DNA from: Lingula anatina
Taxonomy: Eukaryota; Animalia; Brachiopoda
NCBI GenBank assembly: GCA_051362555.1
Contig: CM120641.1
Coordinates: 35,160,401-35,224,400 of the forward strand
Length of the DNA stretch: 64,000 bases
Direction: 5' to 3'
In this document: piece by piece, positions 11,901 to 21,837 of the stretch
Position numbering within the stretch: position 1 is the stretch's first letter
How the letters are laid out: the number at the start of each line of letters is the position of its first letter
Position numbers and translations under genes: made by a program
The notes under the pieces: model-generated
Databases searched by the model: none
What the model saw: the letters and a program-made list of their open reading frames with translations, nothing else
What the model was told of the DNA's origin: nothing

Positions 11901-13578
11901 TGATTGTAGTTTCCAATAATGTATTAAATGGTTGAAATATATTATGAAGTGAACGCCGATGTCTACTTAATCAACTCCTACAATTATTATATATTTCACC
12001 TTTCCTGAAGACGTAATGTGTTTAAATGAAAAATAAGGTTTTTGCAATTAAATACTAGGGACTTCAACAATTTATTTAGCATTTCTTCATCGATATCAAA
12101 TCCAGAAACAATTTATTAACGTGCATCTCCCAAAAATCCGTTTGAATGAAAAATATGGGATTTAAAAGAATACTGAATGGAAGTTGTGATTTTATTGTTT
12201 GAAGAAAGTTTCTGGGCACTCCATGACAATAGTCTGACTGAAATTCCAATATTTTGGTCTTTAAGGCAATCAAAAAATTCTGCAGGCAGACTTTGCAGAA
12301 TTTCTAGAGATAAGATGCGATAAGCGTCGAAGAGGTTGCATCTTACATGTAGTGTGCATGGGGCTTTTCTGTTGTCTTAAAAGCTAAATCCTCTTTTTTC
12401 CTTGCAAATGCCTTGCACTTACCACGACACCCCTTTGACATGATGAATACTCCTGCTAAACAAATTGAATTTTGTACGTGTACGTACAGGGAAAAAGCAA
12501 TTCGGGGCAGGGGGAGGGGGGCATGCAACTGTTCACTTGCCTTATTTCACCAAAAAAGAAGGTTGTCAACTTGTCAAGTATAATGATATTTTTGAGGTGT
12601 TTCTGAGTTTGAAATTTGATCGGGTGATGGAGGGTAAGTGACATGAAATGTTGAAGAGCCAAGGAAAATTCGCTTAATCATGTTACTTTATAATTCACTG
12701 TAAAATCCAGTATACTGTCCAGTTAACTTTGCATAGTTTTACTCTTTTATGTCAAGCTGCAATCACACACTCACTTTTCTCTGAAAGAGGCTGTAGTTTC
12801 AACTGTGTTAAGTCACGGACAGTGTAATAAAATTTGTCACACAAAGTGATGTTGACCGTCTGTGCATTGCCCCTCCATTCAGCTGCTATGCTAAGTCCGA
12901 GGCGACCTTTATGTTTTCCTGAAAGCTTGAAAATTCTGTTACTTTGGTTTTCCAAGTAACCGTCACACGGGTCCACAACCTGTTGAGGCAAAATAATATG
13001 GTTAAACATGTTTCCCTAACTCCTCAAACGTAAAATGCAAAATAAATGTTGTTAACAATATTACTAGAAGTAGTTAAGAGTGAGATATCCCAGAAAAAAA
13101 ATCGCAAGAATAAATATATATATCACAAGAAGGTGGCATTGTATTATTTGACAAACATAACGAGAGTATGTACTCGCATTTCACCGAAAAACATCCCGAA
13201 AACTGAATAAAGCATATATCGCCACGGTCACGTATCACCTCCAGATACGTCAATGTATCGTCAATTTTGAGCAAAAAGGGTAAAGTGCCGCAGCAATGGC
13301 CTTCCAACTCCCCATGTTTAACGTGTAACTAGATATGATAAAAAAAAACCTACCGCAAAATAATCAACCGCCGGGTGAAACTCGAACCTTATGTACCATT
13401 TTTCCGAGGTTCCAGGCTCCACCGGGTAGGCGACATGGAAACTGTACGTGTTGTCGGTAGACTTAGAAAAGAGGAGCGTATCGTTCAAGTGCCTCTTTTG
13501 TGGACATCCCAGGACAAAAGAAAGCACAATTCCAACGCAAAGAACGAATAGAGTAAACCGCATATCGATCAACTCCAT
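2970..13578 (-). CDS. Uncharacterised secreted ~247-aa protein with Cys-rich (VWC-like) C-terminus, 5 exons
   Basis: Exons 13578-13354, 12979-12775, 12452-12423, 11838-11715 and 3129-2970 join in frame at GT-AG sites. N-terminal hydrophobic signal (MRFTLFVLCVGIVLSFVLG). C-terminus GCRDYQGKCLT..WWAKNCSEICSC..FTCNSRCQQY..WCNK..YCISNFC. The last intron contains the LTR element. Confidence 0.75.
3444..4015 (-). repeat. 3' LTR
   Basis: 572 bp; no difference from 11100-11671 seen by eye. Minus-strand TATAAAAGG at 3861-3869 and AATAAA at 3476-3481. Confidence 0.97.
4016..4028 (-). other. Polypurine tract
   Basis: Minus-strand GGAGGGGGGAGAG immediately abuts the 3' LTR. Confidence 0.9.
4162..8412 (-). 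CDS. pol: Pol polyprotein (protease, RT, RNase H, integrase), in the -1 frame relative to gag
   Basis: LLDTGANVS protease, LPFGL..YLDD RT, LHTDAC..LEFLAL..YTDNNPL RNase H, H-H-C-C zinc finger and D..D..E integrase (MDFLTL, HSDQG, TERLNRTL). The frame stays open upstream of the track's 8334 start back to the slippery site at 8412. Confidence 0.97.
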   Translation of the reverse strand, partial: FKLQRVCLASATDSKSPKVVKNTPNLVGDSNECIIAIDKCSFSALLDTGANVSTICENAYKRIEQVYPLKQLDLCQLEIEVAGGQTLPYSGYVEVDISIPGVSDPISCVMLVVADTKYGKDVPIVLGTNVLELIMKNVESKYGVRFQQAKHIPSSLLLSMRCLKSMHDRLKRNNGQIGIVKSAISDKVVIPSNTSVLIKGCIDRKLDVLPKVGILQPWEKSVLPRGVTITPALVDTKEQEVLPVQVSNLNTYPVVIAPKSVICQIQACQELDGEEEDHGGSNNDNMEYLSQIDLNKDLSDEKFRKVSDFIQGYSDIFSQSDEDVGFTSLVKHRIVLSNHEPFKQRHRRIPPSMYQEVRNHIRQLLNSGVIRKSQSPWASNIVLVKKKDGSLRLCVDYRQLNQRTVKDAFALPRTEELLDDIGGKLFYSVLDMKSGYHQVPIEEAHKQYTAFTVGPLGLYEYNKLPFGLCNAPATYQRMMEETLDGIHDSGEKFCHIYLDDVIVASKSFSEHLDHLSLVFERFRQAGLKLSPKKCKLFQEKVCFIGYIVSSRGIEADPAKIEKVKNWPVPKTADELRIFLGFTGYYRKFVKDYSKIARPLYNLLTDPVDAKTVKKRKGKKSPKQNACWQWKDDEQLAFDTLKGILSSPPVLAYPDFSKPFFLHTDACQTGLGAVLYQENEGKERVISFASRGLTKGERNYPVHKLEFLALKWAVTKKFHDYLYGNTFVVYTDNNPLTYVLTTAKLDATGHRWIAALSNYDFTIRYRAGKANADADGLSRKPQNSEGEYDEISKDVIRSICQKTDTGYLESICMSAQIVDEQVLDSSDFTPVDWRSEQMKDEVVSFFLKGVENKQKPVVSELQEGEMKAFCKEFPRLEVRNGILYRKAEIAGETRFQLVLPKSHRATAMKGVHNDVGHLGKERGMLNLRQRFYWPRMAVDLENWIRTCERCLKRKSPSNSKAPLVNIQSTQPLELVCMDFLTLETSKGGYQNILVITDHFTKFAVAVPTKNQTAKTTANAFLQNFVYHFGFPKRIHSDQGTNFESKLIKEICQLSGMEKSRTTSYHPMGNGITERLNRTLLDMLGTLEPDQKIDWKKYVAPLIHAYNSTVHETTGFTPYELMFGRKPRLAIDVVFGLTPDNQSFSDYCEYVDNLKERLLQAYRLAQSKTEISQTQQKKQYDKRARGSVLEVGDRVLVKVVAFQGKHKIADRWEQDAYIVRAQPNHDIPVYVVEKENKLGEKRVLHRNLLLPISQLPISEKTIIERPKPRERKSLRRRNQMREKRVRVRKDSSEGSSSSSVDEEDEYVFVGDSVYRELEENAGIRRSDSETEHTVEEVAAPDTVETAEQESVASESLVSDGAEDQISRDVESVRKVPVPVPRTPIPIPRRSTRHRKPPDYLVMSQVAGICEDILRLMSN
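8388..9527 (-). CDS. gag: Gag (PNMA-like capsid plus one CCHC zinc knuckle), 379 aa
   Basis: PKLTIFSG..YEAW..SLRGEAA..FYSANQKEGESV..LEDIL capsid motifs typical of PNMA-related Gypsy Gags, an RG-rich linker and CFRCGQPGHVAVGC. Confidence 0.93.
   Translation of the reverse strand: MATGGTRMSDKEKDKLVAAFEALDANPDSDHLEQWMEEYVRGHEREERGERSTYSQSREYMPPPYYTAPKLTIFSGDFNKDATYEAWCFEVNSLRSGRVFPEHVVSTAVKKSLRGEAAKIVQRLGINCTLDEILAKFKGIYGAVEDRENLLSKFYSANQKEGESVAEWGCRLEDILYRALDDHIMSTDSRNDMLRIKFWSGLHKPLKEALRHKLDAELTFDQLRVESRKIESELGLLPSENKNIKSVHVKQTTAETKSNDCELRGMINQINSRFDRIEKRFNALENNAAMSSGQESVHVSDRIPRTRGIGRGQGRGYRRGRGRTYSSFSGQRSFSVTNRNSQINNASKEIICFRCGQPGHVAVGCRADISAHLNSKESV
11080..11097 (-). promoter_or_regulatory. 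Primer-binding site
   Basis: Minus-strand TGGTGCCGCGAGCCGGGA 2 nt after the 5' LTR. Closest to the complement of the recalled tRNA-Phe 3' end (3 mismatches); tRNA-His is an alternative. Confidence 0.8.
11100..11671 (-). repeat. 5' LTR
   Basis: 572-bp direct repeat of 3444-4015. Confidence 0.97.
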
Positions 13579-13820
13579 AGGTACATTTGGGTATAGATAA
13601 TTACAAATCTGTATTTGTGCTTTTATCTCATATCCGAATAAGGTTGTTATATCAATGGGGTGATTTTATCAACGCACTGTGTGATTATTAACATGTTGTC
13701 TTGCATTGCGTTCTGACAAGGAGGAGAGCATTCTTGGTCAAGAAATTGACCTAAATTGCGTACATCAGTCGACTAGCAAAAAAAAAAGCGATGATTTATG
13801 TATCCACCCGGCGCTTTCAG

Positions 13821-15694
13821 TAGGGAGGTCAGGTCACAAAGCTCACGCAGTCGAAAACGGGAAGAAATCTAACCTCGCTGTTTGTTTTCTATCATAACTT
13901 CCAAGATTTGGGTCCTATGATAAATATGAAAATATATTTAAAAAGTGCATTGAATGGGCTTTCTAACAATATGTGTAACAATGTATCATGTCTCCGTTGT
14001 AAGCCTCCAGCCACGAAAATGCTGTGAGAAATCGCTGGTGATTTCACTTCCTCGTTTGGTTCCCACTATTTACGAATTTTGCTCAACATGCGCGTTTCGC
14101 GCCATTTTTCTAAAAGCTCCGTACGGCGTCCCGGATGTTATTTCCTCATATTTGGACACATATTCATGAGGAAAATGAATCAAGCGTTCGAGTGAGGGGT
14201 TACAGAAGTTTACTCAACCGAAAACAGCAACCAAAACTAGCTTGTAAAGTTTTTAATCGTGTTTTAGAGTTAGAATTACGAATTTCTGAAAGTTCTGTAA
14301 CCCCTACCTAAATTTTTTAACTAATTCTCGGTTCAAATCAGTTTTTTATTTATCATTTTTTGGTAAGATAGAGCCGTAACAGCCGTTAGAAAATCAGTGA
14401 CTTTGATCTTACCGCAAACAAAATGGCGGACGCACCAAGCTGTTCTGCTGATGAAAAAGCAACTGCACTTTCAGTACCCAAAGAGGATCAAGATATCAGA
14501 ATATCTAATCAGAAAATCTTTGAATTGTTCACGAACCCCAGTGATATTGATAAAACGCCTACAATTCAAGAATATAGAGTTTATTTTATTTTTCAAACAA
14601 AGTATGAAATTACGTATGATATTGATGGGGCTAATGCTTTTTTCGTCTTTGAACTCGTCAGTGAACATAAAAGGGGAATGTTAATTAAAATCATGGAGAA
14701 TATGCCATAACTCTAGAATGATTTATGACAGCCGAACAAAAGGGAACAAAATAAATAAATATTTATTTATTTTTTCTTAACAACAAAAAACGGAAAATTC
14801 CTAAAACTGCCATTATGTTATGGCAGTCTCTCCAAAAAATCTCGCTGGTTTTTGTATTACCTACCTGCTATGATGTCCAATATCAATTAATTTTTTTTGG
14901 CAAAATTATACCTTACCAAAATCGGATATTATTTATTTTCATTGTGCATTCTGGTATTTTTTACTAGTTAAACCTTAAAATCGTATATGCAATTGTCATT
15001 GTAATATTGGTTGCCATGGCAACAGTGACAGAGTATTTGTTTACTACTTAACTTAAATTAATAAACTGAGTACCAAGAGTGTTTCCCACTTCATATTCAG
15101 TTTAAAATTCATGATAATGTGTAAAAAATAATTCAAACAGTTACCATAGCAACAGCTATCATAATGACGATTTTCATAGCAACAGATACATTAGAAGCTA
15201 TCATTTTTTATTTTAGTGATGGCACATTATTTAGCATCATTTTCATCCAAAAGTAGCCTTTGGGCAGTGATGCTGAAGCCTTAGGTTGAAAAATAAAAAA
15301 AAAATATCGATCGCTATTGATATTTAGCAATGGTTGCCATGGAAATAATGGATAAATTACAGAAAATTGAATCTTGTCAGATTCTTCTTGGCATAGTGTA
15401 ACTTTCCAGAAAATTTCAAATGGATATTTCACTCCATTCAAAAGTTATGCCAATTTTGTTCTATTGATTGGGCAATTAGGTGACACTTTTGGCTTCCACT
15501 GTTACATATGCTTGCATACAAGACATTTTCAAAATTTTGTGGCCGACTAGCATTCTTGAAAATTTAATAACTTTTGATTGGCTTGCTTGATTTTCAAAAA
15601 TTAAAATTTTTTGGAAAGCTCATGAATTGCTCTATCAGATAAAATCATTTTGGATGATATTTATGTTACTATCAAAGTTGACCTGACCTCCCTA
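13821..15694. mobile_element. Non-autonomous TIR DNA transposon with 7-bp TSD (hATw-like?)
   Basis: Perfect 16-bp TIRs TAGGGAGGTCAGGTCA / TGACCTGACCTCCCTA, flanked by CTTTCAG on both sides (13814-13820, 15695-15701). Contains a short ORF 14423-14710 starting in AAAATGGCGG. Confidence 0.85.
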
Positions 15695-16205
15695 CTTTCA
15701 GGGCGATTTGTGGTCTGAGATGATTCTGGTCTGAATGCAACATGTCGATGATGTTCAAATGTAATTCAAGATAAGATTATTTTTTCAAACGTGTGTTTAT
15801 CATTGACTCGGGGGGGGGGGGTTATTATGCTATTCATTCGACTCGTGCTCGGGCCTGGCTCAGAAGTCAATTTAAAAAGCAACTCTGGTGGTGCAGGTGG
15901 AATATAGACTTGGGTTCAAATTCAATCACCGTTTGATTGACTGGCCACTCTTGATGATCAAAAGGACAGCGTTTTTGTTCATATGTTGTTCCTGATAGTG
16001 CAAGTATAAATGTAGAAAGAAATGAAATAGTTAAGACGAATAATTTATTAATTGAAGGACGGTAGATGTTATAGGCGAAAAATGGGGGCGGAGGCAAGGC
16101 GGTGAGCGCGCTCGTTAAAAAAGCCTAGCCTTGCATTACACTGTTAACAGTTTCCATTGCAAAAGATTGTATTGTGGTTGCGGTAGCGCACCCGCTTGTG
16201 TTCTG

Positions 16206-16480
16206 GCCCCAGCTTCACAAAACAACATTAGTCAGTTCCCTGGCTTAGTTGACTAGGGTTTCCATGAGAGAGAGTTAATTGTTAAACTGCTCCTGATATG
16301 GTAAGATGTGACCATGTAACCTTGGTAATTGAGTTCTTAGCCAGGAAACCTGACTTAATAAATTAATTTATTTTATTTGTTTACTTATTTATTATCATTT
16401 TTTTATCTTTATTTTATTTTATTTTATTTATTTTTATTATTATTTTTATTTATTTATTTATTTATTATTTTTATTTTTTA

Positions 16481-16528
<48 letters not shown>

Positions 16529-16542
16529 TGTGAAACCGGGGC
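16206..16542. mobile_element. PIF/Harbinger-like MITE with internal (TTA)/(AT) low-complexity expansion
   Basis: TIRs GCCCCAGCTTCACAAAA / TTTTGTGAAACCGGGGC with 3-bp TSD CTG. Also an internal inverted pair GTCAGTTCCCTGGCT / AGCCAGGAAACCTGAC. Confidence 0.75.
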
Positions 16543-17020
16543 CTGGAACAGAGCATTTTGATTTCTCTGCATCATTTATATAAACTGATTAAATACTTTT
16601 TAGTAGAACAACAAATGAAAATATTTAAATATCAAATTTTATAGATTTATCCGATAACAATAAATATTCACATTATTTACATGCAATGATATGGCTTATT
16701 TATAAGAATTAATACTTATAACTGAAAAAAAATTACTCTAAACAAGACTATTACATACGCTGCAGTTTGTTGACTTTCCAGCTTTATGACCATATGCATT
16801 TTAGATAAATTATATAGTGTTCGATATTCCAGACGTCCAAGTGCAAAATAACAGATATCAGACACAATAACACCCTCAACTGGTCTTAGGTGTCCGCGCA
16901 GGCTGAAATCCTTTTTTATTTCTTAGGGAAGCGATATTATTTTTTGTGTTACTAAATTTTTATTTCTAAAAAAAAAAGTGGAGCTTTTACCACGAAACCT
17001 CGTGTACTTAACTCAAATTT

Positions 17021-19648
17021 TTACTCAGAGCGGACCTTTCCCCCGGCAACAAGGGGGGGTCGTTTGAACCTCCCAAAACTCCCCTGGCTGTGGTCCTTCA
17101 TTGTATTCGTGTTTCTATTCTGTTTTATTGCCTTTTCAATCATTGCTCTTTGCCTCGCTAAATACTTCTCCACGATAACAGGCAAACGGAATGGGATATC
17201 TTGTGATGTAGAATTGGTCCTTTTTTCTTTTGTTTTGTTGTAAATGACCGAAAATTTTTCATATCCTAGATCTGCGATGACATCCTTGCATATATCGTCT
17301 ATTCGTGTGGCCACACCCAATGGAATGTTGTATTTCCATGAGTGGGCAGTCTCGGAGGAGTTTTGTTTGTGCGTTTCAAAACGAAATGCCCGATGGGTAT
17401 CATTTCGACTCTTTTGTCCTAAAATCATCGGAATGCTTCTTGTTTGTACTGGCAAAGGAGTTCTGAATGTACTTGTAGTTAATACTGTTATCTCCTTTGT
17501 TTTATTTTGACTGCGTTCACTACCATGCATTATGTTATTTTTCAACCACTTTTCCACGGCAGGTGAGAGTTCCATGCCCAGAAAGTTATAAATGTTTACA
17601 CCCGACGCTTTTGGATCTAGTGCAATATCTTCATAGCGTACCTGCATAAAACGACCTGGGTAGACCCGTTCCAGTCGTTTCTGTTCTCTGATATTCATCT
17701 CCATCTCATGACAACGCGTGTGAGCTTCAAAGTCAATGTCGCACTGTATTTCTCCCGCGTTTATTCTAGAGAACAGGGAAGCCCTGGGATCCCGTATTAG
17801 GTGTATGATTACAAGATTTGGATGTCGTTCCAAAAGGGGAGCCAAATCTGCCAAACTAAGGCGAAGAATCTTGAAGGCTTTGAAAGTGGTGTGCTTCGCA
17901 CATGCGGCTTGTAGGTGTTGAACACACGTTTCTTTGTGTTTTTTAACTCTCTCGATACAGTTTCTATACTTGCGTAGCTGTTTATGCCTTCCAACGTCGA
18001 TAAAAAAATGATGGTCTGGAGGATCGCTGGCAAGCACTTGAAGAGGGACGTCCGACATTTGACAGCGAAGGAGACTGTCAACAATATCAACCAAGAAACG
18101 GGTTTTTAAACCATCTGGCGGTAGAATTCTGTAATAAAAATAGTATATATATATATTTTTAATTTTTATTTTTATTTTTATTTTATTTTTTTTTATTATT
18201 ATTATTATTATTTTTTTTTTTTGTGGCGAAGATACATTCACAAAGCCATCCAGAGAGAGAGACATGGAGTCTCTGAATCGAAATATTTTATGATCTTTAA
18301 ACCGATAAAAGAAGGGGGGAGTGTAACTGAATTGGAGACAAAAAAATCTGATCAGCGATTTTACCGTTTAGTTCCATTAGGGTAAGTGACTCCTTTCACT
18401 TTGGCCCCATACTTCAGTTTTCCGTGTACAACTCCCCACAGGGGCTCGAACAAATAGAATGCCTCTGGATTCTGATTAAACAGTTCCCCCAACATTGAAG
18501 ATCCGCTACGCTGATAAGAGAGAATAATGACCGATCTGGTACCATTGGTAGGTCTTGTTACATTCCTTGCGACTTGATATTGGTGGAGTGTTCGAATGGA
18601 AAGTCCTTAAAAAGATATTTATAGTTTTTAGATATCCTGAAATATTATTTCTTTCATTCATTTGTCATGGCGTCTTGTATCAAGTTATATGTATCTTAAA
18701 AAGAAAAAAAACGCCCAGCCCGTCCTTCAAATACCCCCCTCAGCGTAGTTCACCTAGGTTCATGTTTGCGGCTGATGAGTCGGTGGTTCCAGCAGCTCCA
18801 GAGAGACATTTGTTGTGTGAGAGGTGGCCCCATCTTGCTGGTACCACTGGTGCCCCACCTCTTCTACGGCTCACGAGCTCTAGTCCATGCCACGATTTTT
18901 TCAGAGCCAAACGCATTCCCTCATCCTTGACCCCCAGATTTTTGGAGGTATTTGAAGGATCGAGCCTACAGGAACAAAACCCCGACCCATCCCAGCCCCA
19001 TCCCAGAGCATCAATTAATGAAGAAATCAGAGCTATACCAAAGGAAGAATGAATGTAAGTCATCGACAACTTCGCCCGCAGAAGTCAAATACATGTATGT
19101 GTCTTTAGCAGAACGGAGTTTACGAGTGAGTTTGTTGGGAGCATATTCCATAAATGACGATAAAATCTTTGCCAGTAGAGCTAGTGACACGTTGTTTGTT
19201 TCAGTAGATTTGCTAATGTCTTTAAGTTTCAGAAATATATGAGTTGCATATAGTATAAAAAAATAAATGGCGTCTACGTTCTCGAGTTACTTTTATACTG
19301 GGACACCGTGTATATATCGACTTTTAAAAAATAACCATTATTAATTTATTTCAAAAGTTAAAGTCCCGTCATTTTAATGTTTTAACCAATTTTAACCGAT
19401 AGCGAGACACAGAACTAATTTCCTATTCCCTAGCTGTGATCTAGACCCCTGTCTATTTTCCACTTTATATTTTTAGACGGGTTAAATCGATCGATTAAAG
19501 CATATTTTATTTTTTCCTTACCTTGAAGTGCGTCTTTTTCCATATGTTCTAAATTGGGTTGGAGATTTAGCAGAATGTATGTTGATATTGCTACGTGTGT
19601 AACAACCAGAATGTACAGCATCCGTCGAAAGTCACGTCTTATCTCCAT
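17021..19648 (-). CDS. Golgi-type carbohydrate sulfotransferase (Gal/GlcNAc-6-O-sulfotransferase/CHST1-like family)
   Basis: Core exons 19648-19522 (type II TM anchor), 18605-18365 ([32 protein letters not shown], 5'-PSB) and 18128-17021 ([15 protein letters not shown] 3'-PB; [10 protein letters not shown]); phases are consistent. Two possible extra stem exons at 19219-19093 and 18965-18754. Confidence 0.9.
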
Positions 19649-19879
19649 GTTTCTGTTACTACTCTACCTTATTAAAGAAACAGAATGAATAAATACATGA
19701 CGTTCATATTTGAAGCACGTAAAATTCAGAATTCCCATTATACATGTATATTCAAACCAAATGCAGGTTCTATATTGACATTCCATGTTGATTACATGTA
19801 TCAGCCCTTTTCCTGGGAGTATCCATAACGTGAAACCACTGACAAATTATTATAGTGATATACCACGTGCAGAAAGATG

Positions 19880-20480
19880 CTGGTTCCCGAAGTTTAGGTC
19901 TTATGTAGAAAGTATTGCACACCAGATATATCAAAGGGGTAATAGGGATTCTAAAAACACTGAGGAACAAACTAAAGTTAACTTAATTTCACAATGGACC
20001 ATGTATGTCTGTAATTGGGACGCATGTAGGCCTACAAGTATTCTTATGGGAAAAGTGGAAATCATGGATTTCTCAAAATATCTTAAGATGCACACTTACC
20101 CACTAGGTATACATCATAGGGGTAATAAGGTTAAAGTTAACAAACCTAATTTGATAATGAAATCTTTATCAACCTGGCAGCAGTTGAATTCCCATGTACT
20201 AGTCGGCTGACTAGTATTTCTATGGCTAATAACAGCAATCTTGGATTTTCTCAAACTGTTCCAGAATACATGCTTGTTATTCACAAGACTTTGGTGATAA
20301 GGATGTGAAAAACACTGACAAACAAACTTTCACTTCATTTCAGAATGGCATGCAATTGTTGAAACCTATTTATGCCTATGGAAAATGACGGCCATCTTGG
20401 AATTTCTCCAAATACAAAATCAAATAATAGGGGTATTGAAGATATGGAAAACACTTAGAAACAAAATTAATTTGATGACG
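19880..20480. repeat. Degenerate tandem repeat (3-4 diverged units of roughly 165-190 bp), probably an old transposon-derived array
   Basis: Recurrent motifs ..ATCTTGGATTTTCTCAAA.. and ..GATAAGGATGTGAAAAACACTGA(C/G)AAACAAA.. Confidence 0.4.
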
Positions 20481-21700
20481 GGCACTTTAACTCCCTGAAG
20501 TTGGGGTAGTAGTTGTCACCATTACATCTTTGTTCCTAAGGCAAAAGCGGAAGGGAGTAATAAAGATGTGGAAACCACCGACAAAAATCTTCCCCTGGTA
20601 ACCTGACTATTAATATTTATTTCTCAAACTGAGCAAGCCTTTGAAACCTTCCGATGCTTACGGTGTTTTTTTTATTTTTGGGTCTTTAGCTGAACTCAAA
20701 CGTAGAAAACACATTTTTCTAAATTAGAGAAAAACACCAAAAAATTGAATACTGAAACCTGCCTCGAAATCGCGCTATCGTGCTTCCCTGGAACTAATGG
20801 CAGCTATTGACTGTAAATTTTGAGACAATCGCTTGACAAGCAGTGTCACGACCGACCGAAGGTAAACCTGTGGGTGAGAGGCTGCATGCCGGTGTACCGA
20901 AACTGAGGGTCCGTGTTACAGAAAGTCCGTCTCCGTTTAGTTAGGGCACGGCCGGTGTCAACATGTAAAGATACGAGATTTCTGCAAAAACAGTAATATT
21001 TTTCATGCTCATAATATTTTTATGCTTTATGCTTAGAAAAAACGCACAGCCACATTTCAAGAAGTATGGATACTTACCATTTGTAATTAAAGGACTGGTG
21101 GAAAACACCGAGAAAGACGTTCAACAGAATTACGCGCACGGGGTGCTACGAGCTTGATCCCCAAGTAAAACACGTGCAGATACTGAATAAGTCTTTATCT
21201 TGTTTCATTTCACCGTATTTTAATCTGTTGCCATTATATATCACGTCAAACTAGCCAGCTCCGAATTAAAACTGCCACTCCTTGTCTCATTAGTGTATAC
21301 AGCCGGTTAATATATTCCACATACACTGTTGGAAAAATGTTAAGCAATACCTGTATTTTTTATATGACGATTTTTTGGACATTTCAGAAGTCTAAATTTT
21401 TTCATGTAACTACAAATATGGTTAGTTAAACTGGAACGATGAGCACCTTATCTGCCCCCCCCCCCCCCCCCACACACACACACCATTGGTCTGGTGCCAT
21501 TTGACTACATCTTTACAGAACCATCGTGTAATATTGATATACCAGGTACGCCAACTCAACCTTCGCTATGTGTCTTTGCAATTACTACACGTGAACTATA
21601 TTTGTATTATCAAACGGCTGTTTCGAAAATTGGTTAAAAAATTTATCCAGAAATTTGGTCTACATCAGGATAAGATAAATTCACAGTAAGCCTAGTTCAG

Positions 21701-21837
21701 GGCCCCGTAACTCGAAAGCATGGCGCATTGCCACCTAGCACAAGCGTCTCGATTCCATAACTCGCCCCATATGGGGGCTATGGAATCGAGAGTCTTGCGC
21801 TCGGTCGCAACGCGCGATGCTTTCGAGTTACGGGGCC
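21701..21837. mobile_element. 137-bp palindromic Harbinger-like MITE
   Basis: GGCCCCGTAACTCGAAAGCAT / ATGCTTTCGAGTTACGGGGCC TIRs, TSD CAG; the whole element is self-complementary. Confidence 0.88.

Noticed and set aside
13074-13307. 77-aa ORF as an extra exon of the secreted gene
   Set aside because: Exon 1 splices in phase directly to 12979, and no convincing acceptor precedes this ORF.
15849-16134. Possible MITE with GGCCTGGCT / AGCCTAGCC ends
   Set aside because: Weak TIR and no TSD.
18129-18265. N-terminus of the 414-aa ORF (KKKIIIIII..)
   Set aside because: Intronic low-complexity sequence; the real exon starts at the acceptor at 18128.
18772-18810. CTGATGAG hammerhead core
   Set aside because: No downstream GAAA after a stem II.
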